A DNA stretch of 64,000 nucleotides from positions 6,406-70,405 of the IMG/VR virus record IMGVR_UViG_3300012983_000046; one strand, 5' to 3'. Positions within the stretch are counted from its first letter, which is position 1; each line of letters starts with the position of its first letter. The stretch is from a virus (lineage: Duplodnaviria; Caudoviricetes). Shown here piece after piece: positions 63,086-64,000 of this stretch. The notes beneath the pieces are model-generated. The model was not told where the DNA came from. It did not search any database and saw nothing but the letters and a program-made list of their open reading frames with translations. Position numbers and translations under genes: made by a program.

Positions 63086-63451
63086 ATGACAGGTGTAACT
63101 ATTATCGATGTAATTAAAATTTATGATATAGCTGATTGGCAACTGCTTCTTTGTTTTATTCCATTTATTGTTTCAGCTATAGTCAGCTTTACTATAATGT
63201 ATAAATCTTGGGAGCTGGCTCCATTTTCAACTAAAATTTCTACTATAATAGTAGTACTAGGAGCTACTATAACAATAGGTTCTATGTTTTATGCTGATAA
63301 ACAATGTCCAGCTGAGTTAATAGAAACACAGTATGAAGTTAAGATAGATTCCTCGGCAGATTTCAATGAAGTTTATGACAAGTATGAAATAAAGTCTAAG
63401 AACGAAAATGAAGGTACTTTTATTGTCGTAGAGAAAGATAAAAACAATTAA
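63086..63451 (+). CDS. Membrane protein, two predicted TM helices
   Basis: Two hydrophobic stretches, then CPAELIETQYEVKID...FNEVYDKYEI. Confidence 0.75.
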   Translation: MTGVTIIDVIKIYDIADWQLLLCFIPFIVSAIVSFTIMYKSWELAPFSTKISTIIVVLGATITIGSMFYADKQCPAELIETQYEVKIDSSADFNEVYDKYEIKSKNENEGTFIVVEKDKNN

Positions 63452-63469
63452 AAGAAAGAGGGCTTAATA

Positions 63470-63847
63470 ATGAATGGTATAACTATTTTAGATACTATAG
63501 AAGTTTATCAGCTGGCAGGGTGGCAGTTTCTTGTTGGTCTTATTCCGTTGTTTGTAGCTACTGCAATTTATATGTTTAGCTGGATATACACTTATAAGAA
63601 AAGCTCTGATCAGGAAAAAACTTTAATGCTTACCAGATGTTCAGTTAAAAGTTTAATTCTGATTTTGGTAGGTGGCTTTTTAAGTTTTATTTCACTAATA
63701 TTTATTAACTATAAGTGTCCAGCTGAATATGTAGAAACTCGCTATGAAGTAAAGATAGATGAGAACATTCCTTTTAAAGAAGTTTACAGTAATTATAATA
63801 TCATAGAAGAAAAAGAAGATACGTTTATAGTAACTAAAAAAGAATAA
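63470..63847 (+). CDS. Membrane protein, tandem paralogue of 63086
   Basis: MNGITILDTIEVYQLAGWQ...two TM...CPAEYVETRYEVKID. Confidence 0.75.
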   Translation: MNGITILDTIEVYQLAGWQFLVGLIPLFVATAIYMFSWIYTYKKSSDQEKTLMLTRCSVKSLILILVGGFLSFISLIFINYKCPAEYVETRYEVKIDENIPFKEVYSNYNIIEEKEDTFIVTKKE

Positions 63848-63860
63848 GGGGCAAGCTATT

Positions 63861-64000
63861 ATGACAATAGAAAAAATTAAACAACAACTTCAGAAAGCTA
63901 CAGAAGCAGAAGAGAAATTAGAAGCTATGAAAGAAGACCTTAATGAAGCAGGTATCTATACCCTCGGTTACTGGCGAGGGCGAATCAGTGTTCTTGAAAG
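63861..64000 (+). CDS. Hypothetical protein, 3'-partial
   Basis: MTIEKIKQQLQKATEAEEKLEAMKEDLNEAGIYTLGYWRGRISVLE runs off the window. Confidence 0.6.
   Translation, partial: MTIEKIKQQLQKATEAEEKLEAMKEDLNEAGIYTLGYWRGRISVLE

Larger units (their letters stand above)
1..64000 (+). other. Segment of a large myovirus (T4-superfamily-like/jumbo-type) genome: head, tail, tail-fibre modules and small early-type genes
   Basis: TerL, gp20-like portal, gp21-like protease, gp23-like capsid, sheath, tube and tape measure in canonical order; all credible genes on + strand; no bacterial housekeeping genes. Confidence 0.95.

Noticed and set aside
63086-63847. Holin assignment for the two-TM proteins
   Set aside because: No adjacent endolysin, they sit in the early-type cluster without the late motif, and they have a TM-less paralogue.
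1-64000. Stop-codon reassignment (TAG or TGA read-through)
   Set aside because: Core genes are full length in the standard code, and TGA and TAG end plausible genes (2201, 4872, 24468, 43114).
1-64000. tRNA, rRNA or tmRNA genes
   Set aside because: Nearly all intergenic gaps are under ~150 nt and AT-rich; no cloverleaf or T-loop GTTCRA context found by eye. tRNAscan-SE would be decisive.

Overview
The window is a 64-kb segment of a large, AT-rich, T4-superfamily-like myophage genome. All credible genes lie on the + strand and coding density is very high. Strong GGAGG-type RBSs and the tail-fibre motifs suggest a low-GC Firmicutes host, but this is inference. Gene order: (1) a partial MoxR-type AAA+ ATPase, an HExxH metallopeptidase, a VWA protein, a nucleotidyltransferase and a SWIM-finger protein; (2) terminase, portal, protease-scaffold fusion and major capsid; (3) neck, tail terminator, sheath, tube, gp26-like chaperone, tape measure and part of the baseplate; (4) a ~26-kb cluster of tail-fibre/adhesin genes that also contains a GT2 glycosyltransferase, a U32-like protein and an NlpC/P60-like domain; (5) small early/middle-type genes interrupted by a late-promoter 'island' encoding an ADP-ribosyltransferase-fold protein. 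An intergenic motif (T/C)GCTAAATTA occurs 11 times, often just after a hairpin terminator, and is the likely late promoter. Two elements are missing from the ORF track: an ATA-start ribbon-helix-helix gene and a start-less +1-frame ORF just before the tape measure gene (candidate programmed frameshift). No tRNA, rRNA, CRISPR array, integrase, reverse transcriptase or lysis gene was recognised. All family assignments come from motif recognition by eye; no database searches were run.
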